NCBI GenBank assembly: GCA_030688615.1
Contig: JAUYIZ010000069.1
Location: 1,230 to 65,229, forward strand
DNA from: Desulfobacterales bacterium
GTDB taxonomy: Bacteria > Desulfobacterota > Desulfobacteria > Desulfobacterales > JAUYIZ01
Reading direction: 5' to 3'
Length of the DNA: 64,000 nucleotides
Under the pieces are notes generated by a model. That model searched no databases. It was not told the origin of the DNA and saw nothing but the letters and a program-made list of their open reading frames with translations. Below are positions 9,837-19,307 of the stretch, in pieces. The translations under genes were made by a program, and so were the position numbers. Position 1 is the first letter of the stretch, and each line of letters begins with the position of its first letter.

Positions 9837-11213
9837 ATGTTAAAGAGATTAATTCTGCCGTTTTTATTTATCTTATTCGCGCAGCCATCTTTTGCAGGGC
9901 GAGAGGCTCAAGTTGATCCTGCTTTCGAGAGCATGAGGAACCGGTTTGATGAAATCCTCGAAAGAGCAGGGACTCCTATTTCATTCGATGAGGAGGGGAA
10001 AATTCAACTTGAGTTCGACGGGGAGTTTCGTTACCGCTTGGAATACCGGGATGATTTTAATTTCAATAATGCCACATTCGAAGATGATGCGGTCAATCTT
10101 CTGCGGACACGTCTGGGGATGGGCCTTAAGTTATGCCCCTCTTTTCAGGTTTATGCTCAGGGGCAGGACGCCGAGAGTTTTGCAGACCGACAGGCTCACA
10201 AATCGAACGCTTTTGTCAATCGATGGGACCTTCGTCAGCTTTATGCGGAATTTCAGAGTCCGCGGGAAACGATTCCCCTATCGGCCAAAGTGGGAAGGCA
10301 GGAACTATCCTATGGCGATCAACGTTTCGTGGGAGCATTTGGGTGGTCGAATGTGGCCAGAGTTTTTGACGCGGCCAAGGTGATTTACACGCCTGTGGAT
10401 TGGTTCCAAGCCGATGCCTGGTTCAGTCAAGTCTTAAAAGTGAACCGAAGCCAGGCGGATTCCGGCCAGCACGATGATAATTTCTATGGACTCTACATGG
10501 TGTTAAAGTCCTTCCGGGATCATGTGCTGGATACCTTTCTTTTCCTCCGCCATAACCGCAACAATGAAATTGCCGGGGAAAAACCGGGCGAGCTGGGACA
10601 GCTTAAAGAATATACGGTGGGCAATCGTTTCAAGGGAGAGAAATGGAATTTCGATTATGGCATCGAATGGGCCGTTCAATTTGGCTCCAGGGCACATGAT
10701 GATATCGAGGCGTGGGCCTGGCACAATGAAATGGGATATACGTTCGATGTCTTGCTGTGGGATCCCCGGATTCATTTTGAATACAACCACGGCTCGGGGG
10801 ATAGTGATCCACGGGATGGGACATTCGAGAGTTTTGACAATCTTTTTCCGACCAATCACATTCATTACGGATATATAGATTTTGCCAGCCTTCGAAATAT
10901 GCGCAACATCAAGATTGGCGTTGGAGTCAAGCCTCACGAAGAAGTGAAATTTTCCGTGGATTACCACTGGTTCTTTCTTGATACGAATGGAAGCCCCTGG
11001 TTCCATGCCGGTCAAGCGGTCATTCGTCCAAAGACCGCCGGTGCCAGTACCACCCTGGGACAGGAATTGGATCTGCTTATGACCTGGAACCTGACAAAAC
11101 ACTTGAGCTTTTTGATTGGCTATTCTTATTTTCACGCGGGCGCTTTTGTCCGTGACAGCGGGACGACCGATGACGCGAATTTCTTTTATGCTCAAACCGC
11201 CGTTCGGATTTAA
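9837..11213 (+). CDS. outer-membrane beta-barrel porin (alginate-export/AlgE-like family)
   Basis: Signal peptide LILPFLFILFAQPSFA. Alternating amphipathic Tyr/Gly/Asp-rich sequence throughout. General resemblance to alginate-export-domain porins. Confidence 0.5.
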   Translation: MLKRLILPFLFILFAQPSFAGREAQVDPAFESMRNRFDEILERAGTPISFDEEGKIQLEFDGEFRYRLEYRDDFNFNNATFEDDAVNLLRTRLGMGLKLCPSFQVYAQGQDAESFADRQAHKSNAFVNRWDLRQLYAEFQSPRETIPLSAKVGRQELSYGDQRFVGAFGWSNVARVFDAAKVIYTPVDWFQADAWFSQVLKVNRSQADSGQHDDNFYGLYMVLKSFRDHVLDTFLFLRHNRNNEIAGEKPGELGQLKEYTVGNRFKGEKWNFDYGIEWAVQFGSRAHDDIEAWAWHNEMGYTFDVLLWDPRIHFEYNHGSGDSDPRDGTFESFDNLFPTNHIHYGYIDFASLRNMRNIKIGVGVKPHEEVKFSVDYHWFFLDTNGSPWFHAGQAVIRPKTAGASTTLGQELDLLMTWNLTKHLSFLIGYSYFHAGAFVRDSGTTDDANFFYAQTAVRI

Positions 11214-11386
11214 TTCTCGGCCAGAGCAAAGGAACCCCGCCCTCCGCTGATTTCTTGCACCCGTTACAGAAGCCGCCTATCCTTTTTTCATCCCACTCGG
11301 TAATGCCAAGAAGTTGATGAAGATCAACTTTATTCCTGACGGGGGTCATGGTCTTCTTTGCCCTTTTGGGCGATCATTTATAGCAA

Positions 11387-11743
11387 ATGGTCCGAAGAAA
11401 GCGCAAAATGGAAACTACAATCCCATTTTCTAAAGTCACGAAATATTTGGCTGAGCTGGTTCAAGCTGAAGAGCGTGTGAATTACAAATCGGGGCAAGCT
11501 TTATTTTACGAGAATCATAAGCCCTATGGGATTTATGTGCTACGGAAGGGCCGGATTCGGTTGTTTAAGAAAAAAAATGGTGGTGAGGAACTGCTAAAGA
11601 TTATTGAGCCTACGCAAATCCTTGGTGAAAGCGAGTTTTTGGAGGACCGGCCTTTTGACTACAGTGCAAGAGCGGAGACCGATGTTTCGGTCAGTTTTTT
11701 CAGCCGCGCTTTCATACAAGCGGAAAAAAGGAAAAAAGTATGA
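11387..11743 (+). CDS. stand-alone cyclic-nucleotide-binding domain protein (no HTH)
   Basis: LFYENHKPYGIYVLRKGRIRLFKKK ... ILGESEF is a Crp-type cNMP-binding barrel. Only 118 aa, with no DNA-binding domain. Its stop overlaps the next start (ATGA). Confidence 0.6.
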   Translation: MVRRKRKMETTIPFSKVTKYLAELVQAEERVNYKSGQALFYENHKPYGIYVLRKGRIRLFKKKNGGEELLKIIEPTQILGESEFLEDRPFDYSARAETDVSVSFFSRAFIQAEKRKKV

Positions 11744-13434
11744 AGTCAAGGATGAATGGAAGCGTGAAGTTTAAAACTTTCGTCTTCTTTTTCATGATCA
11801 TTGCAGTTGCAGGCGTTATGTTTTCTTTACAATTTTGGCAGGCTAATGCGCAATCGTTAGCACCTTCTGCATTAGAAAAGCCGGCATTGAGTGAACCCCT
11901 CTTTTTAAAAGGGAAAGCAGTTTATGAAAAGCAATGCGCTGTTTGTCACGGCGCGGCCGGACTGGGTGACGGGAAAGCTGCCTACCTGCTATATCCCAAA
12001 CCGAGGAACTTTGTCGAAGACAACTTCCGTCTGGTTTCCACAAGCAGCATGGAAGCGACAGATGAAGATCTTTTTAAGACCATCACCCGGGGAATGCAGG
12101 GATCTTCCATGCCATCGTGGGATTTTCTTTCCGAGGAGGAACGGTGGGGCGTGGTCTATTACCTTCGTTATCTTAAGAACCTTGCGGAAGCCAAAGAGAA
12201 AGGTGAAATCACAGACGAAACCGTTGAAAAGGGCTTGCCGTGGGATGTCCTCCGCAGGTTAGGTTCTTACGAAGTCGATCCGGAAGGCCGGCTACAAGTT
12301 CCCGCGGAGCTTCCTGTCACTGTGGAGGGAGTCTCACGGGGAAGGGACTTGTTTGTCAAGGCGTGCGCGGCTTGTCATGGTTTAGAGGGAAAAGGTGATG
12401 GCAAGCAGATGATGAAAGATACATTGGGATATCCTGTGAAGCCCCGGGACCTGACCGCGGGCATTTTAAAGGCGAGTGCCAGTTCCGAGGAATTGTTTTA
12501 CCGGATTGCCGGAGGACTGCCGGGATCCTCCATGCCGGGTTACAAGGATGCATTCACTGAAGAACAAATTTGGGATCTTATCCACTATGTCCAAACACTG
12601 CCGGATAGAGAAAAGAGCGTTGATGTCGGCCTCCGCCGGGGCCGTTTGACTGTCCATAAAGTTCAAGGTGATTTGGCAGCCGAATCGGGCGATAGCCGAT
12701 GGGCCGGGATAGAACCGGTTTTTATTCCTTTGACGCCGCTTTGGTGGAGAAACGACCGTGTCGAGGGCGTCCAAGTGAAGGCTCTTTATAACGAGAAACA
12801 ATTCGCTATTCATCTCGAATGGGAGGATGAGACGAAAGATGAATCTACGGTTGCGCCTCAGTCTTTCTCTGATGGCGCCGCCCTGCAGTTCACGGGTGAA
12901 GCATCACCTCCTATATTTGCTATGGGGGGCATGGATTCGCCCGTGACCTTGTGGCACTGGAAGGCTTCATGGCAGGAAGATGCGGTTTCATGGAAAGATA
13001 TTGAAACCAAGTATCCGCATGCCGCAGCGGATTTCTATGCGGCCCAAACCGATTATCAGCATGGGGCGCCTTTTGAGACGAGGGATTATAAGACAAGGGC
13101 ACATGATCCGCTTTATGCCACAGGCCGCGGGGCCGGCAATCCATTATCCGATCCTGAGAGAAGCTCAGGCGGAGAAGAGGCACGTGCGGCAGGGATCGGT
13201 TCTTTAACGACGATCAGACCGTCAATCGAAAAAGTGGATGTGAGAGGGAATTATCAAAATGGGAAATGGGAGGTCGTTTTCGTTCGGGAACTGAAAGTGA
13301 CGGATTCGGATCGTCTCGTATTTAAATTCGGATCACCCATGAATATTGCCTTTGCCATTTGGGATGGAGCCAAAGGCGACCGGAATGGGCAGAAAATGGT
13401 TTCTTTCTGGAATGAAATGGTATTTGAATCCTAG
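11740..13434 (+). CDS. dihaem cytochrome c fused to an EB_dh/DOMON-like haem-binding domain (NxrC/NarC gamma-subunit-like)
   Basis: N-terminal signal/anchor FVFFFMIIAVAGVMFSL. Two CxxCH motifs (CAVCHG, CAACHG). The C-terminal half (VQVKALYNEKQFAIHLEWED ... WHWKASW) resembles gamma subunits of type II DMSO-reductase-family enzymes. Confidence 0.65.
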   Translation: MKSRMNGSVKFKTFVFFFMIIAVAGVMFSLQFWQANAQSLAPSALEKPALSEPLFLKGKAVYEKQCAVCHGAAGLGDGKAAYLLYPKPRNFVEDNFRLVSTSSMEATDEDLFKTITRGMQGSSMPSWDFLSEEERWGVVYYLRYLKNLAEAKEKGEITDETVEKGLPWDVLRRLGSYEVDPEGRLQVPAELPVTVEGVSRGRDLFVKACAACHGLEGKGDGKQMMKDTLGYPVKPRDLTAGILKASASSEELFYRIAGGLPGSSMPGYKDAFTEEQIWDLIHYVQTLPDREKSVDVGLRRGRLTVHKVQGDLAAESGDSRWAGIEPVFIPLTPLWWRNDRVEGVQVKALYNEKQFAIHLEWEDETKDESTVAPQSFSDGAALQFTGEASPPIFAMGGMDSPVTLWHWKASWQEDAVSWKDIETKYPHAAADFYAAQTDYQHGAPFETRDYKTRAHDPLYATGRGAGNPLSDPERSSGGEEARAAGIGSLTTIRPSIEKVDVRGNYQNGKWEVVFVRELKVTDSDRLVFKFGSPMNIAFAIWDGAKGDRNGQKMVSFWNEMVFES

Positions 13435-13531
13435 TACTGTGTTTCATTTGATTTTGTTGGTTCACAGTACTGTGCTTACTTGAAATCGGAATCCCCAATT
13501 TCAAGTGGCAAAGCGCACTAGGAGAGATGCG

Positions 13532-16500
13532 ATGAGCAAGCCCAAGAAAAAAAAGAAGCAAGCCGGTGAGGCGGGTGTGAATGAATCGCGGCGGGATTTC
13601 TTAAAAATATCCGGTGTTACAGCCCTGACTCTAGCACTTTCAAGTAAACCGCTGTCGCTCTGGGCTCTCGAGCCTGTTGTGTCGGTCGAGAATCCTCTTG
13701 CGTATTATCCAAACCGCGATTGGGAAAAAATTTACAGGGATCAGTATCGCTACGATAGCACGTTCTCCTGGGTGTGCTCGCCGAACGATACGCATGCCTG
13801 CCGTGTGATGGCCTATGTTCGCAACGGCATTGTGATCCGTTCCGGCACGGAATACAACTACGAGTCCTATGCCGACCTTTACGGAAACAAGGCGACTCAA
13901 AACTGGAATCCACGCCAGTGCGCCAAAGGGTATACCTTCCACCGGCTGATGTACGGTCCTTATCGCCTTAAATATCCTCTCATGCGCAAGGGATGGCGCG
14001 AGTGGGCAGATGCGGGCTTTCCCGATTTAACGCCGGAAAATAAAACCAAATTCAGATTTGATGCGCGCGGTACAGACCAGCTGGAAAAGATCAGTTGGGA
14101 AGATGTGTACACCTACATTGCCAAGGGGCTGATGTCTATTGCGAAAAGATACAGCGGGGACGAGGGCAGAAAACGGCTTCTTGCGGAAGGTTACCCCGAA
14201 GAAATGCTTGCCCCAATGTATGGTGCGGGAACCAGGACGATGAAATTTCGCGGGGGAATGGGTCTGCTGGGGGTTTTTGGGAAATATGGTATGTACCGCC
14301 TGGCCAATACCATGGCCCTTCTTGATGCCCATCTCCGCGGTGTTGACGAGAAAGAGGCTATGGGAGGGAGAACCTGGTCCAATTACACCTGGCACGGGGA
14401 TCAGGCGCCGGGGCACCCCTGGGTACACGGGCTTCAAAACGCGGATTGCGATTTCAATGATCTTCGCTCCAGCAAACTCATCATTCAGGATGGAAAAAAT
14501 CTTGTTGAGAACAAGATGACCGACAGCCATTGGTTCATCGAATGTATGGAAAGAGGTGCCAAACTCGTGACGATATCGCCGGAGTACAGCCCGCCGGCCA
14601 GCAAGTCAGACTACTGGATTCCAATCCGTCCCCAAACAGATGCCGCATTATTCCTGGGGATTACCCGGTTGATGATGGACAAGGGGTGGTATGACAAGGA
14701 TTTTGTCACCAGGTTTACCGATTTTCCGCTTCTGGTGAGAACGGATAATCTCCGGCGGCTGCGGGCAGCGGACGTATTTCCGGGTTACAAACCGGGCCTT
14801 TCAAAGGAAGGTATCAGCTTCAAATACCAGGGATTAAAAGAAGAGCAATACGAAAAGCTCGGAGATTTTGTCGTTTGGGACGAAAAAACCGGCAAGCCCG
14901 TTGCCATTACCCGCGAAGATATCGGAAAAAAACTTGAAAAAAAAGAAATCCGTCCGGCCCTGGAGGGGAAGTATCAAATAAAAACTGTGGAAGGAAAAGA
15001 AATCGAAGTCGTGACTCTTTTCTCGCTCTACAAGATCCATCTTCAGGATTACGATTTGGACTCGGTCGTAGAAATTACCAAGGCTCCCAAAGATCTGATC
15101 GAGCAGCTCGCGACGGACATTGCGACCATCAAGCCCGTAGCCATCCATCAGGGAGAAGGAATCAATCACTGGTTTCACGCAACGGAAATGAACCGCGCGT
15201 CGTACTTACCGTTGATGCTGACCGGTAACATCGGCATTAAGGGAGCAGGCAGTTATGGCTGGGCGGGAAATTATAAGGCCGCCCTTTTTCAGGGCTCGGC
15301 ATGGACTGGCCCCGGATTTAAGGGATGGGTAGCGGAGGATCCCTTTCATCCGAATCTCGATCCGGATGCTCCCGGACGGGACATTAAAGTCAATCCGCGC
15401 TGCAAGGACGAGGAGCCGGCTTACTGGAATCATGGTGACCGTCCTTTGATTGTCGATACGCCGGATGAAGGCAGGAAAGTGTTTACCGGATCCACACATA
15501 TGCCGACACCCACCAAGGCTATTTTCTTCACCAATGTGAATCTTATCAACAACGCCAAGCACGCCTATGACATGCTTAAAAACGTTAATCCGAATGTGGA
15601 GATGATCTTATCCATTGATATTCAAATGACCGCCTCTATTGAATATGCGGATATCGCTTTGCCGGCCAACAGCTGGATGGAATTTGAAGGACTTGAAGTT
15701 ACCGCATCCTGCTCTAATCCTTTTTTGCAGATCTGGAAGGGAGGAATACCGCCGGTTTTTGACAGCCGGGATGATTTGGTCATTCTTTCACAGATTGCAG
15801 AAAAGCTCGGCGAGCTTACCGGGGACAATCGTTTCCGCGACTATTGGAAATTTGCCCTGGAAGGCAAACGGGAAGTCTATATCCAGCGGCTTTTAGATTC
15901 CTCAACAACGACAATCGGATATAAATTAAAAGATATTATGAAAGGCAAATACGGTCCTCCCGGCGCGGCGCTGATGCTGTTCAGAACCTATCCGAGAATA
16001 CCGTTTTGGGAGCAAGTGCATGACGATGAGCCTTTTCATACGGATCACGGACGGCTGCAGGCTTATACAGATGTGCCGGAAGCCATCGACTATGGTGAGA
16101 ACTTTGTGGTTCATCGTGAAGGTCCGGAGGCGACGCCGTTTCTTCCCAATGTGATCGTCAGCTCCAACCCTTATATCCGGCCAAAAGATTACGGCATTCC
16201 GATGAATGCAGAGCACTGGGATGAACGCACGATTCGCAATGTAAAACTTCCCTGGGCAGAAGTAAAAAATACCAAGAACTTTTTGTGGGAGAAAGGATTT
16301 CAATTCTACTGTTTGACACCTAAAAGCCGCCACCGTGTCCATTCTCTCTGGAGCAATGTGGATTGGCATCAAATCTGGGATTCTAATTTTGGGGATCCTT
16401 ACCGGATGGATAAACGGACGCCCGGAGTCGGTGAGCATCAAATTCATCTCAATCCCGAAGCGGCAAAAGACTTGGGCATCAACGATGGCGATTATGTCTA

Positions 16501-17017
16501 TGTGGATGCCAATCCTGCGGACAGGCCCTACCGCGGCGCCAAACCAAGTGATCCTTTTTATAAAGTAGCCCGGCTTATGCTGCGTGCCAAATATAATTCG
16601 GCCTATCCCTACCATGTGGCCATGATGAAACATGGAACCTACATCGCAACTGAAAAGTCGGTTAAAGCTCATGAAACCCGTGCAGATAAAAGAGCCCTGT
16701 CGGAGGGCGGCGCCTATCAAGCCAATTTTCGTTACGGATCCCAGCAGAGCGTTACTCGAAACTGGCATATGCCCATGCATCAAACCGACACGCTTTTCCA
16801 TAAGGCAAAAGTTTTTATGTCCTTCATCTTCGGAGGCGAAGCGGACAACCATGCGGTGAATACCGTACCAAAGGAAACATTGATCCGGATTTCAAAAGCG
16901 GAGGACGGGGGATTGGGCGGCAAGGGCGTGTGGGCACCGGCGAAAACAGGGTATACCCCTGCTAATGAGAATGATGTGATGAAACAATACCTGCACGGCG
17001 GATTTATTAAAACCTGA
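13532..17017 (+). CDS. nxrA: periplasmic NXR/NAR-type molybdopterin oxidoreductase alpha subunit (NxrA-like, type II DMSO reductase family)
   Basis: Twin-arginine signal SRRDFLKISGVTALTLAL. N-terminal FeS region YPNRDWEKIYRDQYRYDSTFSWVCSPNDTHACRV as recalled for Nitrospira/Nitrospina/anammox-type NxrA. ~1160 aa. ATG 13532 lies 5 nt after AGGAGAG. Confidence 0.75.
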   Translation: MSKPKKKKKQAGEAGVNESRRDFLKISGVTALTLALSSKPLSLWALEPVVSVENPLAYYPNRDWEKIYRDQYRYDSTFSWVCSPNDTHACRVMAYVRNGIVIRSGTEYNYESYADLYGNKATQNWNPRQCAKGYTFHRLMYGPYRLKYPLMRKGWREWADAGFPDLTPENKTKFRFDARGTDQLEKISWEDVYTYIAKGLMSIAKRYSGDEGRKRLLAEGYPEEMLAPMYGAGTRTMKFRGGMGLLGVFGKYGMYRLANTMALLDAHLRGVDEKEAMGGRTWSNYTWHGDQAPGHPWVHGLQNADCDFNDLRSSKLIIQDGKNLVENKMTDSHWFIECMERGAKLVTISPEYSPPASKSDYWIPIRPQTDAALFLGITRLMMDKGWYDKDFVTRFTDFPLLVRTDNLRRLRAADVFPGYKPGLSKEGISFKYQGLKEEQYEKLGDFVVWDEKTGKPVAITREDIGKKLEKKEIRPALEGKYQIKTVEGKEIEVVTLFSLYKIHLQDYDLDSVVEITKAPKDLIEQLATDIATIKPVAIHQGEGINHWFHATEMNRASYLPLMLTGNIGIKGAGSYGWAGNYKAALFQGSAWTGPGFKGWVAEDPFHPNLDPDAPGRDIKVNPRCKDEEPAYWNHGDRPLIVDTPDEGRKVFTGSTHMPTPTKAIFFTNVNLINNAKHAYDMLKNVNPNVEMILSIDIQMTASIEYADIALPANSWMEFEGLEVTASCSNPFLQIWKGGIPPVFDSRDDLVILSQIAEKLGELTGDNRFRDYWKFALEGKREVYIQRLLDSSTTTIGYKLKDIMKGKYGPPGAALMLFRTYPRIPFWEQVHDDEPFHTDHGRLQAYTDVPEAIDYGENFVVHREGPEATPFLPNVIVSSNPYIRPKDYGIPMNAEHWDERTIRNVKLPWAEVKNTKNFLWEKGFQFYCLTPKSRHRVHSLWSNVDWHQIWDSNFGDPYRMDKRTPGVGEHQIHLNPEAAKDLGINDGDYVYVDANPADRPYRGAKPSDPFYKVARLMLRAKYNSAYPYHVAMMKHGTYIATEKSVKAHETRADKRALSEGGAYQANFRYGSQQSVTRNWHMPMHQTDTLFHKAKVFMSFIFGGEADNHAVNTVPKETLIRISKAEDGGLGGKGVWAPAKTGYTPANENDVMKQYLHGGFIKT

Positions 17018-17028
17018 GGATAAGCATT

Positions 17029-17307
17029 ATGCCCAAAGATGAAATAGAACCAGATGATCCGATGGAGATTGTCGGGATCGAACTTCCCGGACAAAGTGAA
17101 GCGCAGCTTCGGGATATGACGCTTTGTTTCGCGGAAGAATTTGTGCGGGAAGGATACGATGAGGAAAAATTGTTTTCCCTTTTTAAGAATCCTTTTTATC
17201 AGGGACCTTATCTTGCCTGGAAACAAAAAGGGGACGACTATGTCCGGGCTGTTATTCAAGAGGCCATCCATATGTGGCGGCCCAATCCAGCAAGGAGGCC
17301 GTCATGA
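17029..17307 (+). CDS. small acidic protein of unknown function, inserted between the alpha and beta subunit genes
   Basis: 92 aa. GAGGA lies 8 nt upstream. Its stop overlaps the nxrB-like start (ATGA). No signal peptide and no recognisable motif. Confidence 0.55.
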   Translation: MPKDEIEPDDPMEIVGIELPGQSEAQLRDMTLCFAEEFVREGYDEEKLFSLFKNPFYQGPYLAWKQKGDDYVRAVIQEAIHMWRPNPARRPS

Positions 17308-18545
17308 ACAAGGTCTTTAACTGGCAGATCAATCGCGAAATGGAATATCCTCATGCCGAGCATCACCCTGACCGGCAATTTGCCTTTGTTTTTAATTTAA
17401 ACAGGTGCATCGGCTGCCAGACCTGTACCATGGCCTGTAAATCCACCTGGACATTTTCCAAAGGGCAGGAATTCATGTGGTGGAACAACGTGGAGACCAA
17501 ACCGTACGGGGGGTATCCTCAATCCTGGGATGTAAAGATCTTGAAGCTTCTGGAGGAAGCCAACCCGGGAGGCCAGAAGTGGAAAGACGGGACTTTTAAG
17601 GGAAAGACCATTTTTGAGGCCGGGCCAAAGAACATCGGGGATGAGCCGCAGCGCGTACTCGGTTATCTCCCGACCGACGAAGAGTGGCGTTTCCCCAACA
17701 TTTATGAAGACAATGCGGTCGGGCCCAAAGGGAAGGAGTCCTCTTATGTCCCCGAGGGCGCGAAACTTCCGGAACACAAGACCTGGTTTTTTTATTTGGC
17801 GAGGATTTGTAATCATTGCACTTATCCGGGATGCCTTGCCGCGTGCCCGCGAAACGCTATTTATAAGCGCCCTGAAGACGGAGTCGTCCTCGTCGATCAG
17901 GAACGATGCCGCGGGTACCGGAAGTGTGTCGAAGCCTGTCCCTATAAAAAAGCGATGTATCGTCCCAGCACCCGCATTACGGAAAAATGCATTGCGTGTT
18001 ACCCTCGCCTTGAAGGGAAGGATCCTGAAACCAAAGGGCAGCCGATGGAAACACGCTGTATGGCGGCATGTATCGGTCAGATCAGGCTTCAGGGATTGGT
18101 GAAGATTGACAAGAAGACGGGAGAATGGGCGGAAGATCGTTACAATCCCATTTATTATCTTGTCAAAATTGCAAAGGTCGGGCTTCCGCTTTACCCACAA
18201 TTCGGTACGGAACCAAACGGATTCTATATTCCGCCGCGGTGGGTCCCGCGCGATTTCCTGAAACAAATGTTCGGGCCCGGAGTGGACCATGCAATTGATT
18301 CCTATATGGTGCCTGATCGTGAACTTTTGGCCGTCCAACAGCTCTTTCGAAAGACGAATCAAATTATTTTCAGATATGAATTAAAGGAAGGTCCAAAAGT
18401 CTTTGAGACCCAGATTCATGGGAAGCCGTTTACGATGTACAACGACACCATCATTGGATACAACCAGGCTGGGAAAGAAGTGGTCCGAACCCAAGTTGAG
18501 GAGCCTTTTCATGTCCGACCTAACATCCATCAAAACTCCATTTAA
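17304..18545 (+). CDS. nxrB: NXR/NAR-type 4-cluster FeS beta subunit (NxrB/NarH-like)
   Basis: Ferredoxin boxes CIGCQTCTMACK, CNHCTYPGCLAACP, CRGYRKCVEACP and CIACYPR. Length and the N-terminus QFAFVFNLNRCIGC are typical of NarH/NxrB. ATG 17304 follows AAGGAGG. Confidence 0.8.
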   Translation: MNKVFNWQINREMEYPHAEHHPDRQFAFVFNLNRCIGCQTCTMACKSTWTFSKGQEFMWWNNVETKPYGGYPQSWDVKILKLLEEANPGGQKWKDGTFKGKTIFEAGPKNIGDEPQRVLGYLPTDEEWRFPNIYEDNAVGPKGKESSYVPEGAKLPEHKTWFFYLARICNHCTYPGCLAACPRNAIYKRPEDGVVLVDQERCRGYRKCVEACPYKKAMYRPSTRITEKCIACYPRLEGKDPETKGQPMETRCMAACIGQIRLQGLVKIDKKTGEWAEDRYNPIYYLVKIAKVGLPLYPQFGTEPNGFYIPPRWVPRDFLKQMFGPGVDHAIDSYMVPDRELLAVQQLFRKTNQIIFRYELKEGPKVFETQIHGKPFTMYNDTIIGYNQAGKEVVRTQVEEPFHVRPNIHQNSI

Positions 18546-19299
18546 CGATTGCGGTGCCGAGCTTCTTGTCAGGAGCCAGGGCTACCGGTTGCTTGCTGTC
18601 CTTTTAAGGCATCCAGAGATAGGCGGGAAAAAAAATCTTACTCAAACATTGTTGAAAGACTACAAGAAACTGCTCGTCGACATTGAAGCGCCTTGGAAAA
18701 ACCGGTTGCTGGTGCACGTAAAAAAACTAGTTCCAATCCGCCCCCATATTTCTAAAAGTGAATGGATTGGAGAATATGAATATTGTTTTGGCCACACGGC
18801 GCATTCCAAAGTTTCTCCGTATGAATTGGAGTATGGCGAAGAACACAGTCATCGCGAGCCGCAGGAACTCGCAGACATTACTGCTTTTTATCAGGCCTTT
18901 GGATTACAAGTATCGGAAAAGTCCCGCGAAAGGGGAGACCATATTTCTATCGAGTTCGAATTGATGCATTTCCTCACTTTTAAAATGATTTATGCGCTTG
19001 AACGAGGGGAAAAGGAGCATGCCGTGGTTTGTGAAGAAGCTGCTTTACGGTTTCTATCCGATCATTTGGCGCGCTGGATACCGGCATTTGCGACGCGGCT
19101 TGCCCAAACCGCGAGATCAGACTGGATGAGGGCCATTGCCGATTTTTGTTTGGGTTTCATTCTCATAGAATGTGAGATCCAAGGGGTTGACGCAGGCGAT
19201 CAAAATTTACCCGTACGGGTCATCGAAGAAAAACTGGAGACAGGTTGTGTTTCCTGTCATCTTTCTCCTTTTGCCAAAGATAGCGGGAGCAGCTCGTGA
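18511..19299 (+). CDS. TorD/NarJ-family molybdoenzyme maturation chaperone
   Basis: YRLLAVLL ... ITAFYQAFGL ... DHISIEFELMHFL pattern of the TorD/NarJ/DmsD family. ATG 18511 was chosen; the ORF-track start at 18403 lies inside nxrB. Confidence 0.7.
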   Translation: MSDLTSIKTPFNDCGAELLVRSQGYRLLAVLLRHPEIGGKKNLTQTLLKDYKKLLVDIEAPWKNRLLVHVKKLVPIRPHISKSEWIGEYEYCFGHTAHSKVSPYELEYGEEHSHREPQELADITAFYQAFGLQVSEKSRERGDHISIEFELMHFLTFKMIYALERGEKEHAVVCEEAALRFLSDHLARWIPAFATRLAQTARSDWMRAIADFCLGFILIECEIQGVDAGDQNLPVRVIEEKLETGCVSCHLSPFAKDSGSSS

Positions 19300-19307
19300 G
19301 AGACTTT

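Noticed and set aside
10503-11195. 230-aa minus-strand ORF within the porin gene, and the 90-aa minus-strand ORF 11077..11349
   Set aside because: The first is a shadow of the beta-barrel gene. The second would need to overlap the porin 3' end by 137 nt and has no motif or SD. I cannot support either.
15926-16852. 308-aa minus-strand ORF inside the nxrA-like gene (likewise 14027..14530, 14834..15178 and 15206..15562)
   Set aside because: It lies antisense to a strongly supported 1160-aa molybdoenzyme gene. The translation is low-complexity and Arg/Gly/His/Ile-rich with no motif. These are typical shadow ORFs.
17397-18362. 321-aa minus-strand ORF and 162-aa plus-strand alternate-frame ORF inside the nxrB-like gene
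   Set aside because: They overlap a gene with four canonical ferredoxin boxes. No start context or motifs are present. They are shadow ORFs.
13532-18545. Stating that the organism is a nitrite oxidiser or an anammox bacterium
   Set aside because: NXR-type enzymes are reversible and occur in non-nitrifiers. No taxonomic marker lies in the window, and the lineage call rests on my recollection of motifs, not on a search.
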